Part shown: in pieces, positions 44,077 through 53,733 of the stretch | Layout of the letters: each line of letters opens with the position of its first letter | Position numbering within the stretch: the first letter of the stretch is position 1 | Assembly (NCBI GenBank): GCA_964637835.1 | Contig: CAZWYF010000005.1 | Location: forward strand, 37,426-101,425 | DNA length: 64,000 nt | From: an uncultured Fibrobacteraceae bacterium | GTDB taxonomy: Bacteria > Krumholzibacteriota > Krumholzibacteriia > LZORAL124-64-63 | Direction: 5' to 3' | The notes under the pieces: model-generated | What the model was told of the DNA's origin: nothing | The model's database searches: none | What the model saw: only the letters and a program-made list of their open reading frames with translations | Position numbers and translations under genes: made by a program

Positions 44077-45195
44077 ATGTCTGCCCCTCAGCGCCAGCCC
44101 CTCCAGTTACCGCCCCGCGTGCGCCCCGTGCGCGCCATCGCGGACATCCCGGACATCCCGGCCGCCATCGCCGAGTCCCTCGAACCGGTGGCCCGGAAGT
44201 ACGCCTTCCGCGCCAACGACTACTATCTCGGTCTGATCGACTGGGACGACCCCGACGACCCCATCCGCCGCCTGATCATTCCCGATTCGAGCGAGCTGAA
44301 GGACTGGGGAGACCTCGACGCCAGCAACGAGGCCGCCAACACCGTGGCCCGGGGCGTCCAGCACAAGTACCGGGACACGGCGCTCGTGCTGACCGCCTCC
44401 ACCTGCGGGGCCTATTGCCGGTACTGCTTCCGCAAGCGCCTGTTCATGCGCCACAACGAGGAGACCGCCCACGACTTCGGCGAGGCCTTCGCCTACGTCG
44501 CGCGGCACCCGGAGATCACCGACGTCCTGCTCACGGGCGGCGACCCCCTGGTGCTCGCCACCTCCCGGCTGACCCCGGTGATCCGCCGCTTCGCCGCCAT
44601 CGGCCACGTGCGCACCGTGCGCATCGGCTCGAAGATGCTGGCGTTCAACCCGTTCCGCATCCTGGACGACCACGACCTCCTCGGCGTGATCGAGCGCACG
44701 GTGGCCAGCGGGACCGCGGTCTACGTCATGGCCCACTTCGATCACCCACGGGAACTGACGGCGCCGGCGCGGGAGGCCATCGCCGCGCTGCAGGAGGTCG
44801 GGGCCCACGTGGTCAACCAGTGTCCGCTGATCCGGGGCGTGAACGACGATCCCGAGGTCCTCGCCGAGCTCTTCGAGACGGCCACCGAGCTGGGCGCCCC
44901 GCAGTACTACCTGTTCCAGGGCCGCCCCACCGCCGGCAACGAGGCCTACGAGGTGCCGCTGGTGGAGGGGTGGGAGATCTTCGACGCCGCCCGGAGCCAG
45001 TGCTCGGGCCTGTCGCGCCGGGTGCGCTTCGCCATGAGCCACGCCAGCGGCAAGATCGAGATCCTGGGCCTCGACCGGGAACACATCTACCTGCGGTACC
45101 ACCGGGCCCGCGACCCCCGGGACGAGAGCCGCATCCTGGTCCGCCTCCGGGACGACCACGCCCACTGGCTGGACGAGCTCGCCCCGGCCCACTGA
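44077..45195 (+). CDS. KamA-family radical SAM aminomutase (lysine 2,3-aminomutase-like)
   Basis: GGGAGG SD. The CGAYCRYC radical-SAM cluster motif (Cx3Cx2C) and KamA-family blocks are present. 372 aa. Confidence 0.8.
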   Translation: MSAPQRQPLQLPPRVRPVRAIADIPDIPAAIAESLEPVARKYAFRANDYYLGLIDWDDPDDPIRRLIIPDSSELKDWGDLDASNEAANTVARGVQHKYRDTALVLTASTCGAYCRYCFRKRLFMRHNEETAHDFGEAFAYVARHPEITDVLLTGGDPLVLATSRLTPVIRRFAAIGHVRTVRIGSKMLAFNPFRILDDHDLLGVIERTVASGTAVYVMAHFDHPRELTAPAREAIAALQEVGAHVVNQCPLIRGVNDDPEVLAELFETATELGAPQYYLFQGRPTAGNEAYEVPLVEGWEIFDAARSQCSGLSRRVRFAMSHASGKIEILGLDREHIYLRYHRARDPRDESRILVRLRDDHAHWLDELAPAH

Positions 45196-45403
45196 CCAGA
45201 ATTCACCCACCTCGACGGGGAACCGGCCCGCGACCGCCTCCTGGCGCGCTGCGGGCCGGTTCCGGCGTCTGCGGCCGATCCTCGCCTCCTGACGACCCCC
45301 GGCCGGGGCCCCTGGCGGCGGCATGCTCCTTGCGGCTGGCGGGCCGGAGCGAAATCCGGCGCGGTCCGTCCGCGCCTGCCCCGCAGACCCGCAGGGAGCG
45401 AAC

Positions 45404-47080
45404 ATGGCGGTCGTCAAGGCCCGGCGTCTCGGCGAGATCCTCGTCGACGCGGGCATCGTCACTCCCGAGAAGCTGGACCTCGCCCTGCGCGAGCAGCGCC
45501 AGACCGGCGAGAAGCTGGGCGTGGCGCTGCAGCGGCTGGGCATCTGCTCGGAGCAGGAGATCGGCAAGGTGCTGGCCAACCAGGCCGGCGTGCCGGTGGT
45601 GGACCTGGGTGAGCTCGCGGTGGACCCGGAGGCCGTGGCGCTGGTGGAGCGCGAGTTCGCCGAGCGGCGCTCGCTCCTGCCGCTGCGCGCCCGGGGCAGC
45701 ACCCTGCGCGTGGCCATGGGCAACCCCATGGACCTGGCCACCATCGATGAGCTCACCCGCCTGACCGGCAAGTACATCGAGGTGGTCCACGCCCCGGCCA
45801 GCGAGATCGCCGACGCGCTGATCCGCACGCTGGGCGCCGGCGAGGCCGCCGGCAGCGAGATCCCCGGCCTCATCGAGGCCGCCCAGCGGGCCCTGGCCAG
45901 CGGCGTCAAGCTGGGCGAGGGGGACTCGCCCTTCGTGCGCCTGGTGGACCGCCTGCTGGGCACCGGCGTGCAGATGGGCGCCACCGACATCCACGTCGAG
46001 CCGGAGGAGAAGGTGCTCCGCTGCCGCTACCGCGTGGACGGACGCCTGGCCCAGGGCGCCATCCTGCCGCTGGAGCTGCAGAGCATCGTGCTGACGCGGC
46101 TGAAGATCATGGCGGAGCTGAACATCTCCGAGAATCGCGTGCCCCAGGACGGCCGCATCCTCTTCGACGCCGGCGGCCGCAACGTCGACCTGCGCGTCTC
46201 CACCTTCCCCACCGTCCACGGCGAGGGCATCGTCTGCCGGATCCTCGACAAGGAGAACCTCATCGTGGGCCTCGACCGGCTGGGCATGCCGGAGGCCATC
46301 GTCTCCTCCTTCCGGCGCGACATCACCCGGCCGCACGGCATCATCCTGGTGACCGGGCCCACCGGCTCGGGCAAGACCACCACCCTCTACTCGGCGCTCA
46401 CCTTCCTCAACCGGCCCGACACCAAGATCATCACCCTCGAGGACCCGGTGGAGTACGAGCTGCCGGTGATCAACCAGGCCCAGATCAACACCGCCAAGGG
46501 CTTCACCTTCGCCATGGGCCTGCGCGCCATCCTGCGCCAGGACCCCGACATCATCCTGGTGGGCGAGATCCGCGACACCGAGACCGCGCAGCTGGCCATC
46601 CGCGCCGCCCTGACCGGCCACCTGGTCTTCAGCACCCTGCACACCAACAGCGCCGCCGGCGCCATCCCCCGGCTGCTGGACATGGGCATCGAGCCGTTCC
46701 TGCTCTCGGCCACCCTGGTCTCGGTGCTGGCCCAGCGCCTGGTGCGCACGGTCTGTCCCGAGTGCGGGGCGCCGGCCGAGCCCACCGCCGAGGACGTCGA
46801 GCTGCTGGGCCTGACCGCGGACGACCTCGCCGCCGCCGACCTGCGGGCCGGTCGCGGCTGCCCCATGTGCCACGACAGCGGTTACCGGGGTCGTCTCGCG
46901 GTGTTCGAGTACCTGCGCCTCGATGCGCAGCTGCGCCGCATGGTGGCCGGGGGCGCGGACGCCAGCGACCTGGAGGACGCCGCGCGGGCGGCCGGCCAGG
47001 GCGGCCTGCGTGACGACGCCCTGGCCAAGCTGCGCGCCGGCCGCACCACCTGCGCCGAGGTCCTGAGGGTGGTGGCATGA
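45404..47080 (+). CDS. gspE: type II secretion / type IV pilus assembly ATPase (GspE/PilB family)
   Basis: Walker A GPTGSGKTT, Asp/His boxes and a C-terminal CxxC...CxxC zinc motif are present. GCAGGGAG SD. Confidence 0.9.
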   Translation: MAVVKARRLGEILVDAGIVTPEKLDLALREQRQTGEKLGVALQRLGICSEQEIGKVLANQAGVPVVDLGELAVDPEAVALVEREFAERRSLLPLRARGSTLRVAMGNPMDLATIDELTRLTGKYIEVVHAPASEIADALIRTLGAGEAAGSEIPGLIEAAQRALASGVKLGEGDSPFVRLVDRLLGTGVQMGATDIHVEPEEKVLRCRYRVDGRLAQGAILPLELQSIVLTRLKIMAELNISENRVPQDGRILFDAGGRNVDLRVSTFPTVHGEGIVCRILDKENLIVGLDRLGMPEAIVSSFRRDITRPHGIILVTGPTGSGKTTTLYSALTFLNRPDTKIITLEDPVEYELPVINQAQINTAKGFTFAMGLRAILRQDPDIILVGEIRDTETAQLAIRAALTGHLVFSTLHTNSAAGAIPRLLDMGIEPFLLSATLVSVLAQRLVRTVCPECGAPAEPTAEDVELLGLTADDLAAADLRAGRGCPMCHDSGYRGRLAVFEYLRLDAQLRRMVAGGADASDLEDAARAAGQGGLRDDALAKLRAGRTTCAEVLRVVA

Positions 47081-48279
47081 GGGAATACCGCTACAGCGCG
47101 CTGAGCTCCGCCGGCCACACCGTGACCGGCATCCGTGCGGCGGAGAGCAGCGACCAGCTCGCCGCCGCGCTGCTGGAGCAGGGCCTGGTCCTGCTGCGCA
47201 GCCGGCCCACCCTGGGCTCGCTGGGCGAGGTCTTCTCCTCCGCCGGCCGTGCCGGCCGCCGCGAACTCCGCGAGTTCACCCGGCACATGGCCACCTGCCT
47301 GGTCGCCGGCATCCCGGCGGTCTCGGCGCTGGCCGACTTCCAGGGCCAGAGCGCGGGCGACTTCGGCGAGGTGATCGCCGACATCCGCAACGACGTCAGC
47401 AGCGGCAGCGCCCTGGACGTCGCCTTCGCCCGGCACCCCTTCGTGTTCGATCCGGTCTACCTCGCCATGCTCGCCGCCGGCCAGAACTCCGGCGGCCTGG
47501 ATCGGGTCTTCGCCGAGCTCGTGGCCTACCTGGAGTGGAAGGAGAACCTGCGCGCGCAGACCGTGCAGGCGCTCATCTACCCCGCCATCCTGGTGGTGGG
47601 GATCATCGGCCTGTTCCTGCTGATGATGCTCTTCGTGCTGCCGCGGTTCAGCGGCATCTTCGCCCAGGGGGACTTCGAGCTGCCCGTCCTCACCCAGCGC
47701 ATGCTCGCCCTGGGCCACTGGATGGGCCACTGGTGGTGGCTGCTGCTGACCGGCGGCGTGGGCGCCTGGCTGGGCGCGCGGCTGCTGATCGCCACCGAGC
47801 GCGGCGCCTACTGGCGGGACCGGCTACTCCTGGCGCTGCCCGTGGTCGGCGGCTTCGCGCACAAGCTGGCGCTCTCCCGCTTCGCCAGGACCTTCGCCCT
47901 GGTCTTCGGCTCGGGCGTGGACCTGCTGCGCGCCCTGGACCTGGTGCGCGAGGTGGTGGGCAACCGCGTCCTGGCCCGCGACGTGGCGGCCGTGCGCCGC
48001 CGCGTGGCCACCGGCGAGTCGCTGCAGGGCGCCTTCGCCGACACCCGCGCCTTCCCGCCCCTGCTGCAGCGGCTGGTGGCGGTGGGGGAGAAGACCGGCT
48101 CGCTGGACACCTCCCTGCAGCATGCGTCCGACCATCTCGATCGCGAGATCCCCCGGGACCTGAAGAAGGCGTTCACCGTGTTCGAGGCCCTGATCATCGC
48201 CATCCTGGGCGTGATGGTCTGCGTGGCGGCGCTGTCGCTGCTCATGCCCATCATGCAGATCCGGGCCACCCTGGGCTGA
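47077..48279 (+). CDS. gspF: type II secretion system platform protein (GspF/PilC family)
   Basis: Two T2SSF repeats and 3 TM helices. The ATG overlaps the gspE stop as ATGA. Confidence 0.85.
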   Translation: MREYRYSALSSAGHTVTGIRAAESSDQLAAALLEQGLVLLRSRPTLGSLGEVFSSAGRAGRRELREFTRHMATCLVAGIPAVSALADFQGQSAGDFGEVIADIRNDVSSGSALDVAFARHPFVFDPVYLAMLAAGQNSGGLDRVFAELVAYLEWKENLRAQTVQALIYPAILVVGIIGLFLLMMLFVLPRFSGIFAQGDFELPVLTQRMLALGHWMGHWWWLLLTGGVGAWLGARLLIATERGAYWRDRLLLALPVVGGFAHKLALSRFARTFALVFGSGVDLLRALDLVREVVGNRVLARDVAAVRRRVATGESLQGAFADTRAFPPLLQRLVAVGEKTGSLDTSLQHASDHLDREIPRDLKKAFTVFEALIIAILGVMVCVAALSLLMPIMQIRATLG

Positions 48280-48292
48280 CCGAGGAGGACCG

Positions 48293-49348
48293 ATGCGCCA
48301 CGTTCTCGCCCCCAGCGCACCGCCCGGCCGGCGGGGCTTCACGCTCATCGAGGTGATCGTCGCGGTGGCCATCGTCGCCGTGCTGGCCGGAGCCATCACG
48401 CCCATGGTCTTCCGTGAGCTCATGCAGGCCCGCGAGGACGCCACGGTCCGGGAGCTGGACGCCCATGGCGCCGCCCTGCTCGACTTCTACGAGGACACCG
48501 GCCGCCTGCCCACCAGCGCCGAGGGCCTGGCCGCCCTGGTCGCCGATCCCGGCGCGCCCGGCTGGCAGGGGCCCTACATCGCCGCCGACCGCGGCGATCC
48601 CGTGCAGGAGGTCACCACCGACGCCTTCGGCCACGCCTACGTCTACGAGCCCGCGCCGCGGACCGATCCGGCCGATGCCGCCGACGCGGTGATCGTCAGC
48701 GCCGGCAGCGATGGCGCGGTCACCAGCGGTCGTCCCGGCGCCACCTGGACCCTGGCGGGCGACGGGGACGACCTCGTCGCTCCGGTGACCCTCGGGCCGC
48801 TCAACCGCGCCAACGGCCGCCGGTGCCAGCAGGACCTGGCGGTCCTCGCCGACGCCTGCCGGGCCTACTTCGAGGACCACGCGGCCTTCCCCGCCCAGCC
48901 CGGCGATCTGGTGCCCGACTACCTGGATGCCGGCGTCGCGGGCGCGGCGCTCGAGGACCCGTGGTCACGCCCGTACGTGTTCGTCCTGCAGACCGGCGGC
49001 GCCGGGCCGGATCAGCTCCTGATCCTCAGCTCCGGTCCCGACCGGCAGGCCGACGCCGGCGGCGGCGACGACGTCGCGCTGGCCGTCAGCAGCGTGCCGC
49101 CCGGTCGCCGCACCAGCCTCTGGAAGCTGGAGATCGCCCAGACCGCCCTGAACAACAGCCCCTCCCTGGTGCTCACCGGCTCCTGGCCCAGCGACCGCGC
49201 CGCCCTCGGGCTGGACCCCGCCTTCACCACCGACGGCTGGGGCCGCACCTTCGCCGTGAACGTGACCTCGCGCACCGTCTTCTCGGTGGGACCCGACGGC
49301 AACGCCGCGCTGGTCCAGGACAACCTGCCCGCGGGAGTGGGACCATGA
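48293..49348 (+). CDS. prepilin-type N-terminal cleavage/methylation domain protein with two tandem GspG-like pseudopilin domains
   Basis: RGFTLIEVIVAVAIVAVLAG is a prepilin motif. Two copies of the GspG-type block are present (WQGPYIAADRGDPVQ...GHAYVYE and EDPWSRPYVFVLQ). 351 aa. Confidence 0.8.
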   Translation: MRHVLAPSAPPGRRGFTLIEVIVAVAIVAVLAGAITPMVFRELMQAREDATVRELDAHGAALLDFYEDTGRLPTSAEGLAALVADPGAPGWQGPYIAADRGDPVQEVTTDAFGHAYVYEPAPRTDPADAADAVIVSAGSDGAVTSGRPGATWTLAGDGDDLVAPVTLGPLNRANGRRCQQDLAVLADACRAYFEDHAAFPAQPGDLVPDYLDAGVAGAALEDPWSRPYVFVLQTGGAGPDQLLILSSGPDRQADAGGGDDVALAVSSVPPGRRTSLWKLEIAQTALNNSPSLVLTGSWPSDRAALGLDPAFTTDGWGRTFAVNVTSRTVFSVGPDGNAALVQDNLPAGVGP

Positions 49349-50829
49349 ACAAGAGCACCGGCTACGCGCTTCATCGCGACGAGCATCGCAACCTGGCGGT
49401 GGCCGTGGCCCGCACCGGGCCGCAGGCCTGGCGCCTGACCGGGTGGCAGGAGACGGCCGCACACCGGCCGCTGACCGGCGAGCTGGCCCGGGCCCTGGGT
49501 CGTCACGGGGACCGGACGGCTGCCCTGCTGCCGGCCGCGGAGGTCACCTGCACGGTGACCGGGATGCCGCGACTGGGCCGGCGCGAGCTGGCACGCGCGG
49601 CCGCCGGCTGGGTGGCGCGCAAGGAGGGCGGCGCCCCGGCCGACTGGCAGGTGTTCTGGCGGGCGGCCCCCGACGCCCGCGGCGAGAGCGAGCAGCAGGA
49701 CGTGTTCCTGGCCTATGCGTCCCGCCCGGTGGTGGACGCCGCGGTCCGCCAGGCCGCGGCCCTGGGCGCACGGCCCGGGGTGATGCTGCCGCCGCCGCTG
49801 GTCCTCGACCAGCTCTTCCGCCTGGCGGGCCCCGACCACGAGGAGCTGCGTGTCTGGAACCTGGTCTTCGTGGGCAAGACCGCGAGCTTCCTCTGCGTGG
49901 CCAACCAGCACAGCCTGCTGCTCTCGCGGCCGCTGCCGCACGACCTCTCCGCCGGCGCCGATCCCGAGGAGTACCTCGACCGGCTGGTCACCGAGGTGGA
50001 ACGCTCGGTCTTCTTCGCCCGCCAGAGCGAGGGCAGTCCCGAGGTGGACCGCGTGGTGGTCTGCGGCGAGGCGTCCGTGGCCGCCCGGCTCACCGGGCGC
50101 CTGGAGGAGGAGGCCGAGCGGACGGCCGTGCACTGGGACCTCACGGCGGTGATCGACACCGCGGGCCAGGAGGTGGCGGCGGACGATCTGCTGCTCCTCG
50201 CCGCGGCGGCCCTGGCCGGGGCCGGCGCCCCGGTCAACCTGGCGCCGGCAGCCACGCGGCCGCTACTCGGCCCGGTCGCGCGGCGGCGCCTGTCCGTGGC
50301 CGCGGCGACCGCCGCGGTCGTCGTGTTGCCGCTGCTGGTGACCGGCGCGGTGCTCACCGACCGGGTGCAGCAGCGCTTCCTCGCCGGGGCGCACGAGCGC
50401 CTCGCCACGGCCACCGTCCAGGCCGAGATGGCCGCCGAGATCTACGATCGCGAGCGGCTGCTGCGCGCCCGCGAGGACCACGTGGCCACCTACCTCGGCG
50501 AGCGCCGCGACCTCGCCGGGGCGTTGCGCCACATCGCCGGCCTGACGCCGCCGGAGGTGCGCTACCGGGACCTGCAGCTGGTCCGGCGGGCCGACCTCGT
50601 GCTGCTCCACCTGACCGGCGAGAGCACGGCCGGCACCCTGGCCGCCGCCCAGCGGGCCTTCATGGACTTCCACGCGGCCATGGCCGCAGCCCGGCAGCTG
50701 CGGCCGCTGGGCGAGCCCCGCGAGCTGGAGATCATGGAGGTGGATCAGGACGGTCGGCGTCGCAAGACCGTGCGGTTCGCCGTGGACTACGAGCTGGTGG
50801 TGGGAGCGGACACGGAGGAGAGCGGATGA
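49345..50829 (+). CDS. GspL-like protein (PilM-like cytoplasmic domain + TM + PilN-like periplasmic coiled-coil domain)
   Basis: The ATG overlaps the upstream stop. A cytoplasmic domain of about 300 aa is followed by the TM helix LSVAAATAAVVVLPLLVTGAVL and a coiled-coil region. Confidence 0.6.
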   Translation: MNKSTGYALHRDEHRNLAVAVARTGPQAWRLTGWQETAAHRPLTGELARALGRHGDRTAALLPAAEVTCTVTGMPRLGRRELARAAAGWVARKEGGAPADWQVFWRAAPDARGESEQQDVFLAYASRPVVDAAVRQAAALGARPGVMLPPPLVLDQLFRLAGPDHEELRVWNLVFVGKTASFLCVANQHSLLLSRPLPHDLSAGADPEEYLDRLVTEVERSVFFARQSEGSPEVDRVVVCGEASVAARLTGRLEEEAERTAVHWDLTAVIDTAGQEVAADDLLLLAAAALAGAGAPVNLAPAATRPLLGPVARRRLSVAAATAAVVVLPLLVTGAVLTDRVQQRFLAGAHERLATATVQAEMAAEIYDRERLLRAREDHVATYLGERRDLAGALRHIAGLTPPEVRYRDLQLVRRADLVLLHLTGESTAGTLAAAQRAFMDFHAAMAAARQLRPLGEPRELEIMEVDQDGRRRKTVRFAVDYELVVGADTEESG

Positions 50830-51497
50830 ACGGACGCTGGCAACGACTGATCGCGTGGCGCCCGGGGCGGCGATCGGCCCTCGCGCTCGGCGGCGTGGTC
50901 TGGATGGTTCTCATGGGGGCGGTGGCCGTGCCGCGCTGGCAGCACGTCCAGCAGCAGCATGGCGAGATCGCCGACCTCCAGCAGCGCCTGGCCGACCTCG
51001 ACCGCTGGACCGTGGCCGGCCTCTGGCTGGCGCCGGCCCTGGCCAGCCGCGAGCCCGCCGTCACCGCCGCCTGGCACCGGCTGTATCCCCCGGATCGTGA
51101 CCGGGAAGAACTCTTCCTCGCCCTGGCCGGCGTGGCCGACCGCTGCGGCGTGGAGGGCTTCGCCCTGGAGGAGGACTCCGCCATGGACGCCATGGGCAGC
51201 CGCTGGTCACGGCCCGGCGCCACGGACCCGGCCATGGCGGCCGATGCCCCGCCGCCTACCGACGCGGAGGCTGGCATGATGGACACCGACCCCGCGCCGG
51301 TCGCCATCGCCCTGGACCGCTACCGCGTCCGCGCGCGGTTCCAGGCGGACTATGCCCGGATCGCGGCCTTCGTGGCGGGGCTGCAGGAACTCGACCGCGC
51401 CGTCGACGTGCGGCACCTCGCCATCCGCCCCGGCAAGACCGGACTCGACGTGGAAATGGAGATGCAGGTCTATGTCAGCACGACGCACGCCTCTTAA
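50826..51497 (+). CDS. PilO/GspM-like inner membrane secretion component
   Basis: The ATG overlaps the upstream stop. A single N-terminal TM helix (ALALGGVVWMVLMGAVAV) is followed by a coiled coil (IADLQQRLADLDRW) and a C-terminal domain. Confidence 0.55.
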   Translation: MNGRWQRLIAWRPGRRSALALGGVVWMVLMGAVAVPRWQHVQQQHGEIADLQQRLADLDRWTVAGLWLAPALASREPAVTAAWHRLYPPDRDREELFLALAGVADRCGVEGFALEEDSAMDAMGSRWSRPGATDPAMAADAPPPTDAEAGMMDTDPAPVAIALDRYRVRARFQADYARIAAFVAGLQELDRAVDVRHLAIRPGKTGLDVEMEMQVYVSTTHAS

Positions 51498-52092
51498 GCA
51501 CCCGGTCGTGATCCTCGGCGTGGCCGCCGGGCTGCTCGCGGTGGGGGTCCTGAACCTGCAGACCTTCGGACCGCGCCTCGGTCTGCTCGGCGCGGGCGGC
51601 GACCAGGCCCCCGATCCCCTGGTCCCGCCTCCGGACCTGGAGATGGTGGTGCAGGCGGCCCGCGACGGCTCGGGGCCGCGCCCCTTCGCCACCGCCGGCG
51701 ATGGCGGCGCGACCGTCTCGATGCGCGACCCCTTCACGAGCGGTCCCTCCCCGGCGCCCCCCGGCCCGGCCCCAGCACCGTCGCGACGGGCTCCGGCTGC
51801 CGCGGCGCCCCTGGTCTGCTCGGCCGTGCTGCTGGGCGGCGAGCGCCCGCTGGCGCTCATCGATGGCCATGCCGCCGGTCCCGGCGACCAGGTCCGTGGC
51901 CACGAGATCCTGACCATCTCCACCGACGGGGTCACCCTGCGCGCCCCCGACGGTGACCAGATCACCCTGGCAGTGGGCCCGCAGACCCTCGCCGATGGCG
52001 CCTACCACGTGGTGACCGGCACCCGGCCCGCCGACGCCGGGGGGCAGACCCGCCTCTCGGCGTCGCGGTCTCCCGAAAGGACGGAGCGATGA
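51472..52092 (+). CDS. PilP/GspC-like secretion component
   Basis: ATG at 51472 (GGAGATG SD) overlaps the preceding gene by 26 nt. A TM/signal anchor VVILGVAAGLLAVGVL and a Pro-rich linker precede a C-terminal beta domain. Confidence 0.5.
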   Translation: MSARRTPLKHPVVILGVAAGLLAVGVLNLQTFGPRLGLLGAGGDQAPDPLVPPPDLEMVVQAARDGSGPRPFATAGDGGATVSMRDPFTSGPSPAPPGPAPAPSRRAPAAAAPLVCSAVLLGGERPLALIDGHAAGPGDQVRGHEILTISTDGVTLRAPDGDQITLAVGPQTLADGAYHVVTGTRPADAGGQTRLSASRSPERTER

Positions 52093-53624
52093 CTGGAGCC
52101 CGCATGGAGCGGAAACCGACCGTACTGGTGCTGTGTCTGGGGGTGGCCCTGCTCGCCGCCACGGCTGGCTCCGCGCACGCCGCCGCCGACGGCCCCGCCG
52201 CGACCTGGGACGAGGGACGCGATCCCGTGAGCATCGTCACCAACGGCTGGGTGGACGTGCGCACCATCCTGCGCTCGGTGGCCGCCGCCGCCGGCCTCGG
52301 TCTGCAGATGGCGCCCGACGTGCAGGGGCAGGTCAACGTGCACCTGGAGGACGTGCGGCCGTCGCGCGCCCTGGACGCCCTGCTCGAGCCGGTGGATCTG
52401 GGTTACGAGGTGGTCCAGGGCGTCCTGGTGGTCCACCGGCGCGGCCTGGTGACCCGCTGGTTCACCTTCGACTACCCCGTCACCCAGCGCGAGGGCCGCG
52501 GCGAGCTGCAGGTCTCCGCCTCGCGCCAGGAAGGCGGCGGCTCGGGCGGATCGGGCGGCGGTGGCGGTGGCGGCGACGCCAACCAGAACAAGAGCCATCT
52601 GACCAGCACGGCCACCATGTCCATCTGGCCGGAGGTGATGGCCTCGCTGCAGGTGCTGGTGTTCGCCGGCGCCGAGATGCAGGCCAGCCAGCAGCGCGAC
52701 CAGCAGGGACTGGCCCTGAACCTGGCCGACCCGGAGGGCCGCTGCCTGGTGGTCAACCCCATGGCGTCCCTGGTGCAGGTGACCGCCGAGTGGGACCGCG
52801 TCCGCCGGGTGGAGGGGCTGCTCTCGCGCCTGCAGGAGTCGCTGCAGCGCCAGGTGGCCATCGAGGTGCGCATCCTGGAGGTGGCCCTCGACCGCGATCG
52901 GCAGACGGGTGTCGACTGGGACGTGATCACCGACGACGAGGTGGCGCCGAGCCTGCGCAGCTTCAGCGAGAACGACAGCCTCGGCGAGACCTTCTTCCAG
53001 TTCGTGGTGGACAGCAAGCACGTCGATGGCGTGCTGCGGGCCGTGGACCGCAGCGGCGACCTGCGCACCGTCTCCACGCCACGGGTCACCACGCTGAACA
53101 ACCAGAAGGCCGTGGTCCGCGTGGTGACCGAGGACGTCTACTACGAGGCCCAGGTGGAGCCGGCCATCGTCACCGACGGCGTGGGCACCGAGCCGGTGAT
53201 CAACTACACGCCACGCGTGGTGCCGGTGGGCGTGGTCCTGGACGTCACGCCCCAGGTGGGCCGCGATCGCCTGATCACCCTCAACGTGCACCCGACCATC
53301 AGCGACGTGGTGCGGGTGGCGTCCAGCCCCAACCAGGACACCGCGCCGGTGCTCTCGATCCGCGAGCTGGATACCGTGGGCAAGGTGCGCGATGGCGAGA
53401 CCCTGGTGATCGCCGGCCTGATGAGCGAGCGCAAGTACGAGGAGCGGGCCGGCGTGCCCATCCTCAAGGACCTGCCCCTGCTCGGCTATCTCTTCGGCCG
53501 CACGGCGAAGCAGACCGCCAACATCGAGCTGGTGATGCTGCTGACCCCGGTGATCATGGAGGGCGCCGATGCGGACGCGCTGGCGCGGGCGGAAGCGACG
53601 CGGCTCGAGGCCCGGCTCGATTGA
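52089..53624 (+). CDS. gspD: secretin (GspD/PilQ family)
   Basis: AAGGACGGAG SD. A signal peptide is present. The secretin domain blocks are TPRVTTLNNQKAVVRV, GVPILKDLPLLGYLFG and LTPVIM. Confidence 0.85.
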   Translation: MTGARMERKPTVLVLCLGVALLAATAGSAHAAADGPAATWDEGRDPVSIVTNGWVDVRTILRSVAAAAGLGLQMAPDVQGQVNVHLEDVRPSRALDALLEPVDLGYEVVQGVLVVHRRGLVTRWFTFDYPVTQREGRGELQVSASRQEGGGSGGSGGGGGGGDANQNKSHLTSTATMSIWPEVMASLQVLVFAGAEMQASQQRDQQGLALNLADPEGRCLVVNPMASLVQVTAEWDRVRRVEGLLSRLQESLQRQVAIEVRILEVALDRDRQTGVDWDVITDDEVAPSLRSFSENDSLGETFFQFVVDSKHVDGVLRAVDRSGDLRTVSTPRVTTLNNQKAVVRVVTEDVYYEAQVEPAIVTDGVGTEPVINYTPRVVPVGVVLDVTPQVGRDRLITLNVHPTISDVVRVASSPNQDTAPVLSIRELDTVGKVRDGETLVIAGLMSERKYEERAGVPILKDLPLLGYLFGRTAKQTANIELVMLLTPVIMEGADADALARAEATRLEARLD

Positions 53625-53733
53625 CGCACCGCGGCGCCGCGCCGCCGCGACCCGGACGACGCCAGGATCCTGCAAGAGGAGCCCGCCCCCATCAGGGGGC
53701 GGGCTCTGCTCGTGACGGCCCGGGGAGGGACGG

